This document shows, one piece after another, positions 51,906-64,000 of a DNA stretch of 64,000 nucleotides. The position numbers and the translations under genes were made by a program. The notes under the pieces are model-generated. The model was not told the DNA's origin. It saw nothing but the letters and a program-made list of their open reading frames with translations, and ran no database searches. Source of the DNA: Macrostomum lignano (lineage: Eukaryota); the NCBI GenBank assembly GCA_002269645.1, contig NIVC01000282.1, forward strand, positions 62,001 through 126,000, written 5' to 3'. Within the stretch, counting starts at the first letter, position 1; the number at the start of each line of letters is the position of its first letter.

Positions 51906-52229
51906 ATGGACAGTCTAATTAATGCATTAAAAAGTCGGCTGCCACCATCGCACATGGATTTCGAAGGTCAGCGTCGTGCTGAAACTGCCTTCCAATGGGT
52001 GTTGGGCATTTTTGCCACTATTGGCTTTGCGTGCGGCTATGCCTACCAGCAATTCTCGCTGACTGTGTACATCCTGGGCATTGGCTTTGCCATTGCTGCC
52101 TTACTAACGCTGCCACCGTGGCCGATGTACAGGCGGAATCCGCTGAAATGGCAACCTGTTCGCGTTAATAACACTGCAGGTGAAAATGATGTTAGCGTTG
52201 GCGCTAAGTCTTCTAGGAAGGATAAGTGA
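51906..52229 (+). CDS. SPCS1: signal peptidase complex subunit 1 (SPC12)
   Basis: 107 aa with HMDFEGQRRAE, two TM helices, GYAYQQFSLTVY and LPPWPMYRRNPLKW, typical of SPCS1. Confidence 0.95.
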   Translation: MDSLINALKSRLPPSHMDFEGQRRAETAFQWVLGIFATIGFACGYAYQQFSLTVYILGIGFAIAALLTLPPWPMYRRNPLKWQPVRVNNTAGENDVSVGAKSSRKDK

Positions 52230-54964
52230 CCGTTGATTGTGTTGATTACTGTATGTTCCTAGTTTAATGTTAAAGTCGATTTGCTAACTTGCGAGTTTGA
52301 AACTAATTCAATAATGATCTCTTGCACTCAATTGAATACAGTCACTTTAGTTAATCACCCTCCCAGATCCTCAGTTGCTATAGGCTCCCCCTCCCAAATC
52401 CTCAGTTGCTATAGGCTCCCCTCCCAGATCCTCAGTTAATAGGCTGCCACCTTCCCATATTCTCAGTTGCTAGGCCGCCACCTTCCCATATTCTCAGTTG
52501 CTAGGCCGCCCCCTTCCCAGATCCTCAGACTGGGCTTCACCTCCCAGATCCTCATTTGCTTAAGTTAACTTCGTACTATTCTCGTACCTGATTCTTAATA
52601 AAATAATTTATCAATTACGTTGCTATTAATACTAAATAGAGCCTTTTGTTTTGCTTGTTTCGCTTTTTTAATAAAAACACTACAATCTGGCTGAGTATTG
52701 ATTATGGCTGGCCAGTGGCCATTATTTTACAGTGCTACACGTACATGGCGCGGTAAGAGTATTATATCGGCACACTGCTTGTTGTGTCCTCGTAGGCTAT
52801 GCAAGGCGTTAATTTTAGAATTAGGTGATCACATATGTGGCCACCGCCTCGCATTCCTACTGATTGTTAAGCGCTATTTTATTGTCTTGCTACTTGTTTT
52901 ATTTTAGCTATTTGTGGTGCCTGTAGCTGCATGTATCTTTAAAATTACTGTACATTATTAGTATAGAAAAATGGAGAAATATATTATTAACCCGGTAAAA
53001 TTTGCGGTACTGTTGCACAATGTGCTCCTAATAATAAATATTCGTCATTCAAGTCTGCGTTTGATCTTCGTGTTTCTACATGTAATTCTTTTATTAGACC
53101 AAACCACTCATAACTATAACTAATAATAATGGATTCATAACTAATAATGAATGTGCATATGCAATGCATGTGCATACACACATGCCCCGGTGTGAATACG
53201 AATAGCGATAGCTACGCTCTTAAAACACTCGCATTAACGAAGCTAAAAACTGATAGACGATTGCAAAATTGAGATTTTAAAATGACCTATATTACAATTT
53301 CCATGCGAATTTAGTGCTGTTTTATATAATTAAATTAGTAAACTGACTATATAGTTTGTGTTGCTAATCGATATATGCATTGACTATATACATGTATGTG
53401 TTCAAAGCTGACTCATTGTAGATGCGTACCAGTGGAGGCAAACAAAAGAATGCAATAAAAATTTTGAATAAACTGCAAGTACATCTATAGCTTCTGACCA
53501 GCGATCGATCTTAGCCTTGACATCTCAGCAATTTCCCCATGATGATCGAGCCTAGCATCAAAGCAACTTCCAATATGCCCTTGACTTTTTAAGAATTCGT
53601 CCACTCGTCGAAAAATTTCGTCCAATTTTACATGACGCAATTCTTACATGTATGTACAGTAATTTGACATGACGCTTTTTTAGTGGAAATTGCAAGTGCA
53701 TTCAGAATTTACATGTTCACTATCCGTATAGATTCGTAGAACATACATGTACTGCATACGTCGATGTTCTAATAGCAGCATGAATAGCACACCTGCACAC
53801 AGTACAGTACATGGAAACTGTTGATACGATGACTTTGCCTGGTGAATAAGCTACGAGAGCTTTTTGTTTTGATTTTACTTTTTACATCTATAGTTATTTA
53901 ATTTTAGCACCATTTGTATAAATTTGTCATGGAGTCGGCTTGGAACTTGCATAAAAACGTAACAAAATTTACTGTCTTTTAAAAGTAATCGCGCATGTAG
54001 CTATAGCGCAAGTTTGCATTTTTTGTTTTTTTTTCTTTTCCAAAATACGATGTAATAATCCTCAAAACATTATGGTTTGTTATATTTGGTGAAACGAAAA
54101 TACGATAATTGATTGTGTTTGATTTGAATTTTGATCCGGGCGCTCGATCATTCGCAAAATTCAACTACCATTATTTTAGCTACTCAAAACTACCAGTTCA
54201 TATACTGAGCGAAGCTAAAGATAAAGAGAAAATTCAAAAGAGACTCATTTCTATAGAGAAAACTGTCTTAAATAACTTATTTAAGTAGGACTATGTTTGA
54301 TCGACCGGTATTTAGTTTGATTTCATTATGATTGTTCATAAATTATCAAGACTATTTTGTAAAGGATTCTATAGTGAAATATTGAATTTAATTCATTTTT
54401 CTGTCTTTTATTGTAATCAGAATCTTTTTAGCGATACAGTCAATTCAAATTATTTTAAAAAACAGTACATGATTTTATTATTTTAGAAGTTTATTTTAGC
54501 CTGATATTTAGATTATTGATTTAAAGATTCTGGCGATAAAAAAGCCCTGCTTATTATAAATACAACCTATAGCCTTTGTAACTATATTTCAATTTATAAT
54601 TTAGTTTGAGTCAAGTATGAATAGTAAAAAACTATTTTTATTGAGCAATTCAAAACAATCATTTGAATTTACTTCTGAAATTCATATTCACACCTAATTT
54701 GTGACTCCATCATTTCACACTAAGTCAATACTTAAATAAACAGATTATGTTGATTATAAAACAGCTTAAAGCTATAGATTAAGTAAAATAGCCATGAAAA
54801 CTTTACTGCATTTAGATGCATATTCATTTAGATGCAGACAATTTAGTGTCTTCGAAATTCTTTCTTTGCATCATTATTGATTGCCTTTTTGCTAACTTAA
54901 GCGTCGAAGATCTCCCCAACCAGTTCACCGATGCTTTTTTCAACTTCATCTTGCTACACCGCAG

Positions 54965-55850
54965 GCAGCCGTCAACTACTTCTACAGCGATATCCAGTCG
55001 CCAGACGAGTTTCTCGTCGGCGAGGATGGGAACTGCGGCACCGACTGGCTTGACGAGCTCTGCGGCTCGCTGCCCAGTCCGCCAGTTCTGCACGATCACA
55101 TGATGTCCCAGACGGCGACGTCTACAGCCAGCAGTAGCCAGGGTCAGCAGCTATCGGCAGGTGAAATCCTGCTGACAGCTTCTTCATCAACCGCAGCATC
55201 CTCATTCTCATCGCCGAGCTGCTCCAACGGGCCGGACGTTGCGGCTACGGACGACGGGTCGGACAGCGGGCTGGACGTCAACCTGAACTCGCCCACAACT
55301 TGGCTGCTTATGGGGGATTATGGGCATGAGCCGGGGCGGGAGCAACTCGCTCAACAACAACAGCAACAGCAACAACATCTGTCGCTTCAGCAGCAGCAAC
55401 AACAACAACAACAGCAGGGCATGGAACTCGACTGGATTAGCCCTCTAGACAGAGAAGAAGTGTACCGCTTGCCTCCTCCTCCTCACAGTGGCAACAGCTG
55501 TTCTTGGAACTGGAATCTCAAGCCCGGTAAGTCAGCTCGACTGTAAAATACAGCAGTGTGCGCGCGTGCACTGAACAGTGAGTGGGTGGAGTGGATTCTC
55601 CGAGGACTTACTTTTGACTGCAGTATTGCTTCGTAAGGTAAAATAAATAAAGCCGGATTAGCCGTCAATGAATGAGTGTGACTCATGCTCTCTCCCCCTT
55701 CCTCTCTCGGCCTCCTCTCTGCGGCCTCCGCTATTGAGGGTCTCCATGATTTTATGATCTTTGGGTCTCCATGGACAACTCGTGTCCAAGGTAGCAGAAG
55801 CATTTATTCGCTGTTTTTGATCCCGCTTTCTTAGAAAGAGGCCACTTAAA

Positions 55851-55905
<55 letters not shown>

Positions 55906-58765
55906 GAGCTTCGTCAGAAATTTTGGCGCACTGCAATTCAATACGCAGACTTGGAGAAAGTCAGAAATCCTACTCTAGGAATTTTAACTCGCACTCCCCC
56001 TCATACGAGCTAGCAAAGATAGAAATGCATGTAGAAATGGGGAAGAAATTTTCTGTGCTCCCGTTTTCTGAATTGCCAATTCGCACCGCGCGGCTAAAGC
56101 AACTAAAACTGTTTCTGAAAGCAAACGTGTTTCACAAAATTCTAATAAATTTGCAAAAATTTTCCAAGCTAAAAAAATTATTTTGTGGGTTAGATAGTGG
56201 GTGAAATCCACACTCTGACCCACAGTCTGACCCACAGTCTGACCCACAGTCTGACCCACAATCTCCCCCACAATCTCACCCACAATCTCACCCACAGTCT
56301 GACCTACAGTATCACCCACAGTCTGACCCACAGTCTGACCCAGTCTCACCCACAGTCTGATCCACAGTATGACCCACAATCTGACTCACAGTCTGATTCA
56401 CAATCTGATTAACAATCCGGCCCATAATCTGACCCAAATTCTGACCCACAGTCTGACCCACAGTCTGACCCACAGTCTGACCCACAGTCTGACCCACAGT
56501 CTGACCCACAGTCTGACCCACAGTCTGACCCACAGTCTGACTCACAGAACTCGCCAATCACGCAGAGCTGGGCGCCCAGCTCAGCTCCAACAGGCCCGGC
56601 CAGTGCCTCCTGCAGCTCACCGCGGAGGAGCGATTCACCTACGCCAGCGAGGGCATCCCGCCACCAACCGGGCTGCCGCTGAGCGCGCACGAGGAGAAAG
56701 CTTTGAAACGAATCAGGCGGAAGCTGAAGAATAAATGGAGCGCGCAGGAGAGCCGGCGTCGAAAGAAAGAGTACATGGAGTCGCTGGAGCAGCGGTGAGT
56801 ACGAGTTGGGCCATCTGACTGAGTTTATTGATTTCACTATCTATATACTCGAAGTTTTAGGATTTAATTGTCCACCATCCAGCCATCCAGGTAACAGAAA
56901 TCTGCGTTGACCCGGTTACGAGTATCTTCAAGCCTTAGTCTTCAATAATCCTAAAATCCTAAAGTCTCTATGGCTTTACTATCTATGATCCAGTTATCTA
57001 TGACTCAACTATCAATGATTCGACTATTTATGACTTGACTATTTACAACTCAACCATCTATGACTCAACTATCTATGACTCAACTATCTATGACTCAACT
57101 ATCTATGACTCAACTATCTATGACTCAACTATCTATGACTCAACTATCTATGACTCAACTATTTATGACTCAACTATTTATGACTCAACTATCTATGACT
57201 CAACTATCTATGACTCAACTATCTATGACTCAACTATTTATGACTCAACTATCTATGACTCAACTATCTATGACTCAACTATCTATGACTCAACTATCTA
57301 TGACTCAACTATCTATGACTCAACTATCTATGACTCAACTATCTATGACTCAACTATCTATGACTCAACTATCTATGACTCAACTATATATGACTCAACT
57401 ATCTATGACTCAACTATCTATGACTCAACTATCTATGACTCAACTATCTATGACTCAACTATATATGACTCAACTATATATGACTCAACTATATATGACT
57501 CAACTATCTATGACTCAACTATCTATGACTCAACTATCTATGACTCAACTATCTATGACTCAACTATCTATGACCCAGCGATCTATGACTATAGTCTATA
57601 ATGTATCTATGACTGAGCTGTCTAACAGTCTCTAACAGAGAAAAATCTCTTAGACCCCGCTATTTAAGCTCGTATGACCCAACCAGCAATGACCCAACAG
57701 TTTCTTAGTTGCCATATGTGCAACTAGGAAATCTATTACTTAAAACGTTTCTATGACCCAACAGTCGTTGAAGTGACCATCTTTATAAACCTGGCTTGTA
57801 CACGCCAGGCTTAAGCTACTGCAATCATAAAACAGACCGACCCCCTCCCCCAACCCAGAGTGGACCAATACGCCACCGAGAACGACAGCCTGCGTCGCCG
57901 AGTGGACCAGCTGGAGAGCAGCAACCGCGGCCTGCTCGCCCAGCTCCGCCAGCTGCAGCAGACCTGCGCCAACGCCTCCGCCACAGCGGCCGCCGCTGCA
58001 GCTGCTGCAGCCTCCAGCGCCGCGGTCCCCAGAACTCGCCAGCATCAGCCGCTGCAACCTCCGATTGGCCGAGGCAGCTCGCGAACTGCATCGACAACTC
58101 CTTCGACAACGTCGCTATCAGCCGCGGCGACCTCCACCACCACCCTGGCCGCCGTGGTGCTCTGCTTCGCTTTGTTCTTCACGGTGCCACCGACCGCCCT
58201 GCTGACTGGCGGCGGCGGAGGCGGTGCCAGCGGCTCATCCCAGCATCCCGAGCTGCATCAGCACTATCACTATCACTATCACGGGCAGCGAGGCCACATC
58301 AACCAGCGAAGCCACCAGCATCATCACCAGCAGCAGCAGCAGCCGCAGTTGCCAAGGGCAACGCTGTCGCTATCGCTGGACCCGGGGCTCCTGCGACCCA
58401 CGGCGCCGCTGATCTGGTGGCGTCGCGACGCCGGCGGCCAGCGAAACAACGAGACGCCTGGCGCCGGCTGCTACTCCAGCTACGACTATTATTACTATTA
58501 TTATTATTACTACAGCAGGCTGGGCGGGTTCGGCCCGGCAGCGGCCGCACCGGATATTGATCCGAATCTCCACCCGGCTGGCCCGGAGGTGCCGGACGAG
58601 GCCGCGGCGTGGCGCAACTGGCGACGCAGGTGGCCCGGCCGGGTGTTCCCAGCTGGCACCGCCTACGGCCCCAGCCTGCTCAGCTGTCAGGGCCCCGATA
58701 CCGCGCCGGGGAACGACACCCTGGTCACTGGTGGCAGCCTGCTGCTGGCGCCGCCTGGTGCCTGA
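54965..58765 (+). CDS. CREB3L: CREB3/OASIS-family membrane-tethered bZIP transcription factor
   Basis: Exons 54965-55526, 56548-56794, 57859-58765 (phases 1,2). [42 protein letters not shown] leucine zipper, then TM helix [12 protein letters not shown] and a luminal tail. Confidence 0.9.
56210..56547. repeat. 12-bp tandem ctgacccacagt (CREB3L intron 1)
   Basis: Direct reading; the last unit is the acceptor used in the gene model. Confidence 0.93.
56985..57600. repeat. 15-bp tandem tgactcaactatcta (CREB3L intron 2)
   Basis: Direct reading. Confidence 0.96.
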
Positions 58766-58834
58766 CGGCTGGACTGTTGGATGCTGGAGACATTGTAGGG
58801 CAACGGAACTGGATGCTGGCTGGGGGACAGGACA

Positions 58835-59395
58835 GGGAATGGCACTGTGACAGATTCATAGGAGAGGGAATGGCACTGTGACTGGAAGGAGAGGGAATGG
58901 CACTGTGACTGGAAGGAGAGGGAATGGCACTGTGACTGATTCATAGGAGAGGGAATGGCACTGTGACTGATTCATAGGAGAGGGAATGGCACTGTGACTG
59001 GAAGGAGAGGGAATGGCACTGTGACTGATTCATAGGAGAGGGAATGGCACTGTGACTGGAAGGAGAGGGAATGGCACTGTGACTGGAAGGAGAGGGAATG
59101 GCACTGGGACTGGAAGGAAAGGGAATGGCACTGTGACTGGAAGGAGAGGGAATGGCACTGTGACTGGAAGGAGAGGGAATGGAACTGGGACTGGAAGGAG
59201 AGGGAATGGCACTGTGACTGGAAGGAGAGGGAATGGCACTGCAACTGAGTAACAGGAGAGGGAATGGCACTGCAACTGAGTAACAGGAGAGGGAATGGCA
59301 CTGCAACTGAGTAACAGGAGAGGGAATGGCACTGTGACTGAGTAACAGGAGAGGGAATGGCACTGCAACTGTAACAGGAAAGGGAATAGCAAGAG
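58835..59395. repeat. about 27-bp tandem ggagagggaatggcactgtgactggaa
   Basis: Direct reading. Confidence 0.93.
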
Positions 59396-59949
59396 AAATT
59401 CCACAACAATTAGAAAAATGGCTTTTACACGTGTCTCAACTTAAACGCATAATTGATTTCTCAAGATGCGCAAAACTACTTATATTTATCATTTTCTCAT
59501 ATTTTACTGGTGTGCCGATTTAAGTAGTATATCTAGTACTTTGACTAATCACTTATAATTATTTTTTTACTGGCAAAAGTATCTCACTACTGGTGTTGCA
59601 AGTAGTATAGTCGAATATGATCCGATCTTCTCTGACTTGCCATTGTTCAGCTCAAGTAGTTTGGACTTCATGCTTACTGACCAATTTTACGGTTGATTTA
59701 TTATGCATTATAAAGTTTTTGATTTTTCCGGGTGATCAGGATTATTTAGAATAATTGCATTATTTTTAGTTAGCGAGGCCTCTAACGAGTGTTCTTATTT
59801 TGTCAATAAATTCCGAGTTTGATTCCTACAACAATTGTATTGTTTCATTTCTTGTGAATTTTCCAGAAAGTCTTTTATTCGATTGTTAATTTTTCAGAGA
59901 TGTGAATAAGATGTGAATAAGATGTGAATAGGTAAATGAGAAACAACCG

Positions 59950-60210
59950 TCGCTAGCAGACATGGGGTGAGAGTCTGGTACTGGAGTCTCAAAGGTAGAG
60001 CTTCCGCTAGCAGACATGGGGTGAGAGTCTGCTACTGGAGTCTCAAAGGTAGAGCTTCCGCTAGCAGACATGGGGTGAGAGTCTGGTACTGGAGTCTCAA
60101 AGGTAGAGCTTCCGCTAGCAGACATGGGGTGAGAGTCTGGTACTGGAGTCTCAAAGGTAGAGCTTCCGCTAGCAGACATGGGGTGAGAGTCTGGTACAGG
60201 AGTCTCAAAT
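59950..60210. repeat. 54-bp tandem
   Basis: gctagcagacatggggtgagagtctggtactggagtctcaaaggtagagcttcc repeated. Confidence 0.92.
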
Positions 60211-60664
60211 GTAAAGCCGTCTCAGCGAACACAGCGAACAGATTATAGTTTGTTTGCTTGTTCAGATTTGCCCTAAATAAAGTCGGTCAACGGCACTTAA
60301 TGGCATACCGGATTTGGACTGTCAACAAGTTGGCTTGCTGGGGGGGGGGGCAGCTCAAGTGTCAGCATTTGAGTTTTCGGGTCTGTATATTCTATTCTGA
60401 TTCGCATGAAACTGCAAAAACTGCATAAACTGCGCAAATCCTATATACTAAATCAAGACTAATTTCCCATTCATATGATGTCTCAGAACTCTCATTTTGA
60501 GGTAGCGGCTATATGCGGCTTACATACCTCACATACAAAAATTCCGTTCCACTGAGATACCTGCGAAGGCTGTCCCTAATCGGATTATTTCATATCTGAC
60601 AAAAAAGTGAGGTCAAACTTTCCCTATTGACAGTATGACATAGGTGTAGAATGCCATTTTAAAC

Positions 60665-61002
60665 GAGTGCCTGTGGCGCCAAAATGAGTGCCTGCGGCGC
60701 CAAAATGAGTGCCTGCGGCGCCAAAATGAGTGCCTGCGGCGCCAAAATGAGTGCCTGTGGCGCCAAAATGAGTGCCTGCGGCGCCAAAATGAGTGCCTGT
60801 GGCGCCAAAATGAGTGCCTGTGGCGCCAAAATGAGTGCCTGCGGCGCCAAAATGAGTGCCTGCGGCGCCAAAATGAGTGCCTGTGGCGCCAAAATGAGTG
60901 CCTGCGGCGCCAAAATGAGTGCCTGCAGCGCCAAAATGAGTGCCTGCGGCGCCAAAATGAGTGCCTGTGGCGCCAAAATGAGTGCCTGTGGCGCCAAAAT
61001 TG
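60665..61002. repeat. 21-bp tandem gagtgcctgcggcgccaaaat
   Basis: Direct reading. Confidence 0.95.
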
Positions 61003-61119
61003 TAGAGTGTTCTACCTCCCGTTAAAAAAGGAAAAAAGAAGATAATCGTATAATACTACTATAAGTAAGTAAGTACACGCATGTGCGCCTAAGCTTTGAA
61101 TGAATCACGCTACCAGAAA

Positions 61120-64000
61120 AAGATGTTACCAGAATAATACGCCATGAGCCATTTTCCCCTTTTAGCGCAACACGTGAATTGTCATGATACTATTTTGGAT
61201 CAAAAACTTGTCTATAAATACAAGCGATCTGAAGCGGTACCGGAGCCATTCTCCCCACGGAAGAGGAGCGCTCCGAAGAGGAAGCCTTAGGAGGACTTCC
61301 TGATCTACCAAGTCAATCGAGACTCGGTCGAGTTGTTGCGGTAAGCCTTCCTTATTTGCGCCCGTTGTGTTAGAGACGTCTCGCTCAAGTCTATTGAGAC
61401 TTGAGTCTAATTGAGTCTGTTGAGACTCTTGAGTCTGTTTAGACTCCATTGGTTGCAGTCTCCAGAAGGACTGCCCTTGATAGATCTTAGAGGACTATCA
61501 GTGGTTTCCGGAGCTATACCTAGAGTGCATAGAGGCACTGCTAGAAGAAGGAGGCTTAATTTAGACCGCAGTTTGGCGCAGGGTACCCATTGTTGCTACG
61601 AGGCCTCTGATTGGTCCTGACGGAAGATACCGGCCGGAAGAACTTATCGGAAGTACAAGAGGAACCAGGACCAGAGCAACTGAAGAATCAAGGCGCCTGA
61701 TCTACGAGATCTACTGACAAGTTCCTAGCGAGAACTACTCAAGAAATTCAAATCCGGATTAAAGGTAATTGAATACCTTCGTTTGACTTACTGGGTTGCC
61801 TAGCTGTTGAGCTAGAAGTGATTGTTCCTTGATTATCGAAAGTCGGGTAATAAGGAACACATCAATTGGTGATCTCGCCCTCTCGGCACTACTCAAACCT
61901 TGAGCAATAGCCTGGCCAAGCTATTGTAAAGTGACGACAGAGCGACTTCATTAATTTTGCGCGCACGTGTTAGAGTTAACACTTTTTAAGTCCGTTACGT
62001 TTTGAAACTCGAGTAAAATTTGGTGTACAGGTTTGAGCACCTGTCAAATTTGAGTACAGTTTGAGCACGCGTGTTAAAATTTTGTTTTGACGAGCTCGAG
62101 CAAGTGTGAGTTTAAAACAAAACCGAAATTAACTTCGTCGGTACACTGAAAACAAACCAAAAATAAAAAGAATCGTCGACGCAAAACAAACAAAAAATAA
62201 CTGAAACATTTTGCCGGCACAAAAACTAAAACAAAACCGAAATTAATTGAAACTTCGTGGAGAGCAGAGTTAATTGACAAAAGAGAGAGAGTCAAAGAAG
62301 AGAAGAAAGACTTTGCAAAGCAAGAAGACAAGTCCACTTCAACTTGAAGATACACTTTGCGGGACGCCTCATAAGTGCGAAATCAGCAAGCGAACAGAAC
62401 AAGTTCATTTGAGGACAACCAGTGGCAGCAAGCCACACCGCATCCGAGGCCAGCGAATAACAAATCGACACCACAAGGCAATTCGTTACAGTCGAGGTTT
62501 ATTCCGAGGCAAACACCACACTGGACGATCCGTTACAAATCGATCCAGATCTTGAACTACCGTTCTACCCTATCAACAACATGGCGCGGCGCAATCCAAC
62601 GGTACACAGAGACATCAAAGAAACGGTCGGTACTTTCTCGATGGAGAAAGATTTTAACACATTTGTCGACCATTTTGACCTGGTATGTAGGGAATACAAC
62701 CTACAAAATCCAGAGAAGGCACAGCTGCTGCCACCTCTTCTCCAAGGTACTGCGCGAGAAATTTACGGCAAGCTGGATGCGGCAACACAGCAAAATTATC
62801 CAGCACTAATCATTCAACTGCGCGCGCATTTCAACCGTTGCGGCACAAACAGATCAGTGCTGCTGCACAAGTTGCATAACAGAAGGATGCAAGCAACAGA
62901 ATCCTTCCTCGCCTTTGTGGACGATATCCGCCAGATAATTAAGGCACTGCATCAGCCACCGCTGCAAGCTGCGGACCAACCACCACTGGGAGCGGCAGAA
63001 TTGGCCGCCAGAGAAAGACAACGATTGATGGATCGTGAACAAAACCTCATCCTGCACGTAATAAACAACGCACAGCCGTCACTTCGGGATAGACTTTTGC
63101 GTGAAAATATCGAAACCGAAGAAGACCTTTTGCGTTGCGGAATGCAATGGGAAGCCAGTGCCCCATTAATGACGACAGGCAACAATGAAGTGCAGAAACT
63201 GACGCAGCAACTAAACAAGTTAATGCAGCACCAGACAGCTGCTATCGCCGAACAAAAAAGACGAAATGAACAAGCCTCAGCCAGATGTTACTACTGCGGA
63301 CAAGAAGGACATTATCAGATTAATTGTCCTCATTGGTCAACAAGATACGACAAGCCGCGACAGATATTCAACAATCAGAAGCCGCAGAAACCATGGCAGC
63401 ACTATCAAAATCGCCAACAACAAGGAATGAGACGCTTCGGAAATGATAGACGCTTCGGAAATAATGACCGCTCCGGAAATGATGGCCGCTTCGGAAACGA
63501 AGGCCGCTTCAGAAGTAATGGCTACAGGCCACGCAACGTCAGATACACACAAAGACAGCCGACGCAAGCAATGCCACGATACGCGAATGCCATCACGTAC
63601 ACACCGGAAAATGAACAGCAAGAACAGCAAGTGTTCACAATTGACGACTTGGAAATGGACTTCACAGTCCCGGAACTTGACATCAGCTTGATCGAAAAGA
63701 AGACGACGCACGAGGACAACACTGACAACACAGAAGAGACGAATGAAACCGAAATGATCAAATTAAAAGAGACCACCGGAGACAGCAGAGAAAACAGGAA
63801 GAAAGTAAATCACAAGACAAGGGAGGAGGCGGAGAGCGACATCGGCAACGAAGAAAAGATGAAAACCGGCGAAGAAAACAACTATGAATCGACAACAGTG
63901 GATGACGACAAAACGAGCATGAAAGACAAAGAAATGAAAGAAGAAGAAGAATGTAGAAGTTACGGCAACGACCACGACTGCGAGGTGCGTGATGACACGA
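61120..64000 (+). mobile_element. 5' part of a Gypsy-like LTR retrotransposon (putative LTR/leader + gag)
   Basis: Adjacent intact gag ORF. The LTR boundaries are a guess because the second LTR is outside the window. Confidence 0.55.
62581..64000 (+). CDS. gag: retrotransposon Gag, 3' partial (open to the window end; absent from the ORF track)
   Basis: Translated by hand from ATG 62581 with no stop. Capsid-like F..HFDLVC..LLQGTAREIY..L..HF and zinc knuckle CYYCGQEGHYQINC. Confidence 0.85.
   Translation, partial: MARRNPTVHRDIKETVGTFSMEKDFNTFVDHFDLVCREYNLQNPEKAQLLPPLLQGTAREIYGKLDAATQQNYPALIIQLRAHFNRCGTNRSVLLHKLHNRRMQATESFLAFVDDIRQIIKALHQPPLQAADQPPLGAAELAARERQRLMDREQNLILHVINNAQPSLRDRLLRENIETEEDLLRCGMQWEASAPLMTTGNNEVQKLTQQLNKLMQHQTAAIAEQKRRNEQASARCYYCGQEGHYQINCPHWSTRYDKPRQIFNNQKPQKPWQHYQNRQQQGMRRFGNDRRFGNNDRSGNDGRFGNEGRFRSNGYRPRNVRYTQRQPTQAMPRYANAITYTPENEQQEQQVFTIDDLEMDFTVPELDISLIEKKTTHEDNTDNTEETNETEMIKLKETTGDSRENRKKVNHKTREEAESDIGNEEKMKTGEENNYESTTVDDDKTSMKDKEMKEEEECRSYGNDHDCEVRDDT

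Noticed and set aside
1-61002. CRISPR-like arrays
   Set aside because: Units are contiguous with no unique spacers, there are no cas genes, and the context is eukaryotic.
61840-62030. Primer-binding site for the LTR element (tggtgatc or tggtgtac)
   Set aside because: Neither follows a clear LTR-terminal CA or matches a tRNA 3' end I can confirm.

Overview
Eukaryotic, intron-rich DNA, most likely a free-living flatworm such as Macrostomum. This is an inference from minisatellite-filled introns, GC-rich exons and a TAL-type gene, not a database match. Roughly 20 kb (about 30%) is tandem repeat, so most long ORFs in the supplied track are repeat artefacts. Genes rebuilt by hand from GT-AG exon phases: on +, an EF-hand + dynein-light-chain (TAL-like) gene and an SLC5 sodium/solute symporter with an in-frame TAG at the end of exon 4; on -, a run of TEN1, DCAKD, an IAP-like BIR-RING gene, TAF1B and a PAN/fibrinogen-domain gene; on + again, SPCS1 and a CREB3L-type bZIP-TM factor. 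Mobile DNA: two tRNA-headed SINE families, a Penelope-like fragment with a minimal hammerhead ribozyme, an R1/LOA-like LINE nested in it with a 13-bp TSD (both inside a TAF1B intron), a decayed mariner, and the 5' part of a Gypsy-like LTR element. Main leads: (1) several genes start at an in-frame splice acceptor with no suitable genomic ATG, as expected if the flatworm spliced leader supplies the AUG, possibly within an operon; (2) the nested hammerhead/Penelope/LINE structure; (3) intronic minisatellites built from splice-site-like units; (4) the SLC5 stop codon in an exon flanked by inverted arrays.
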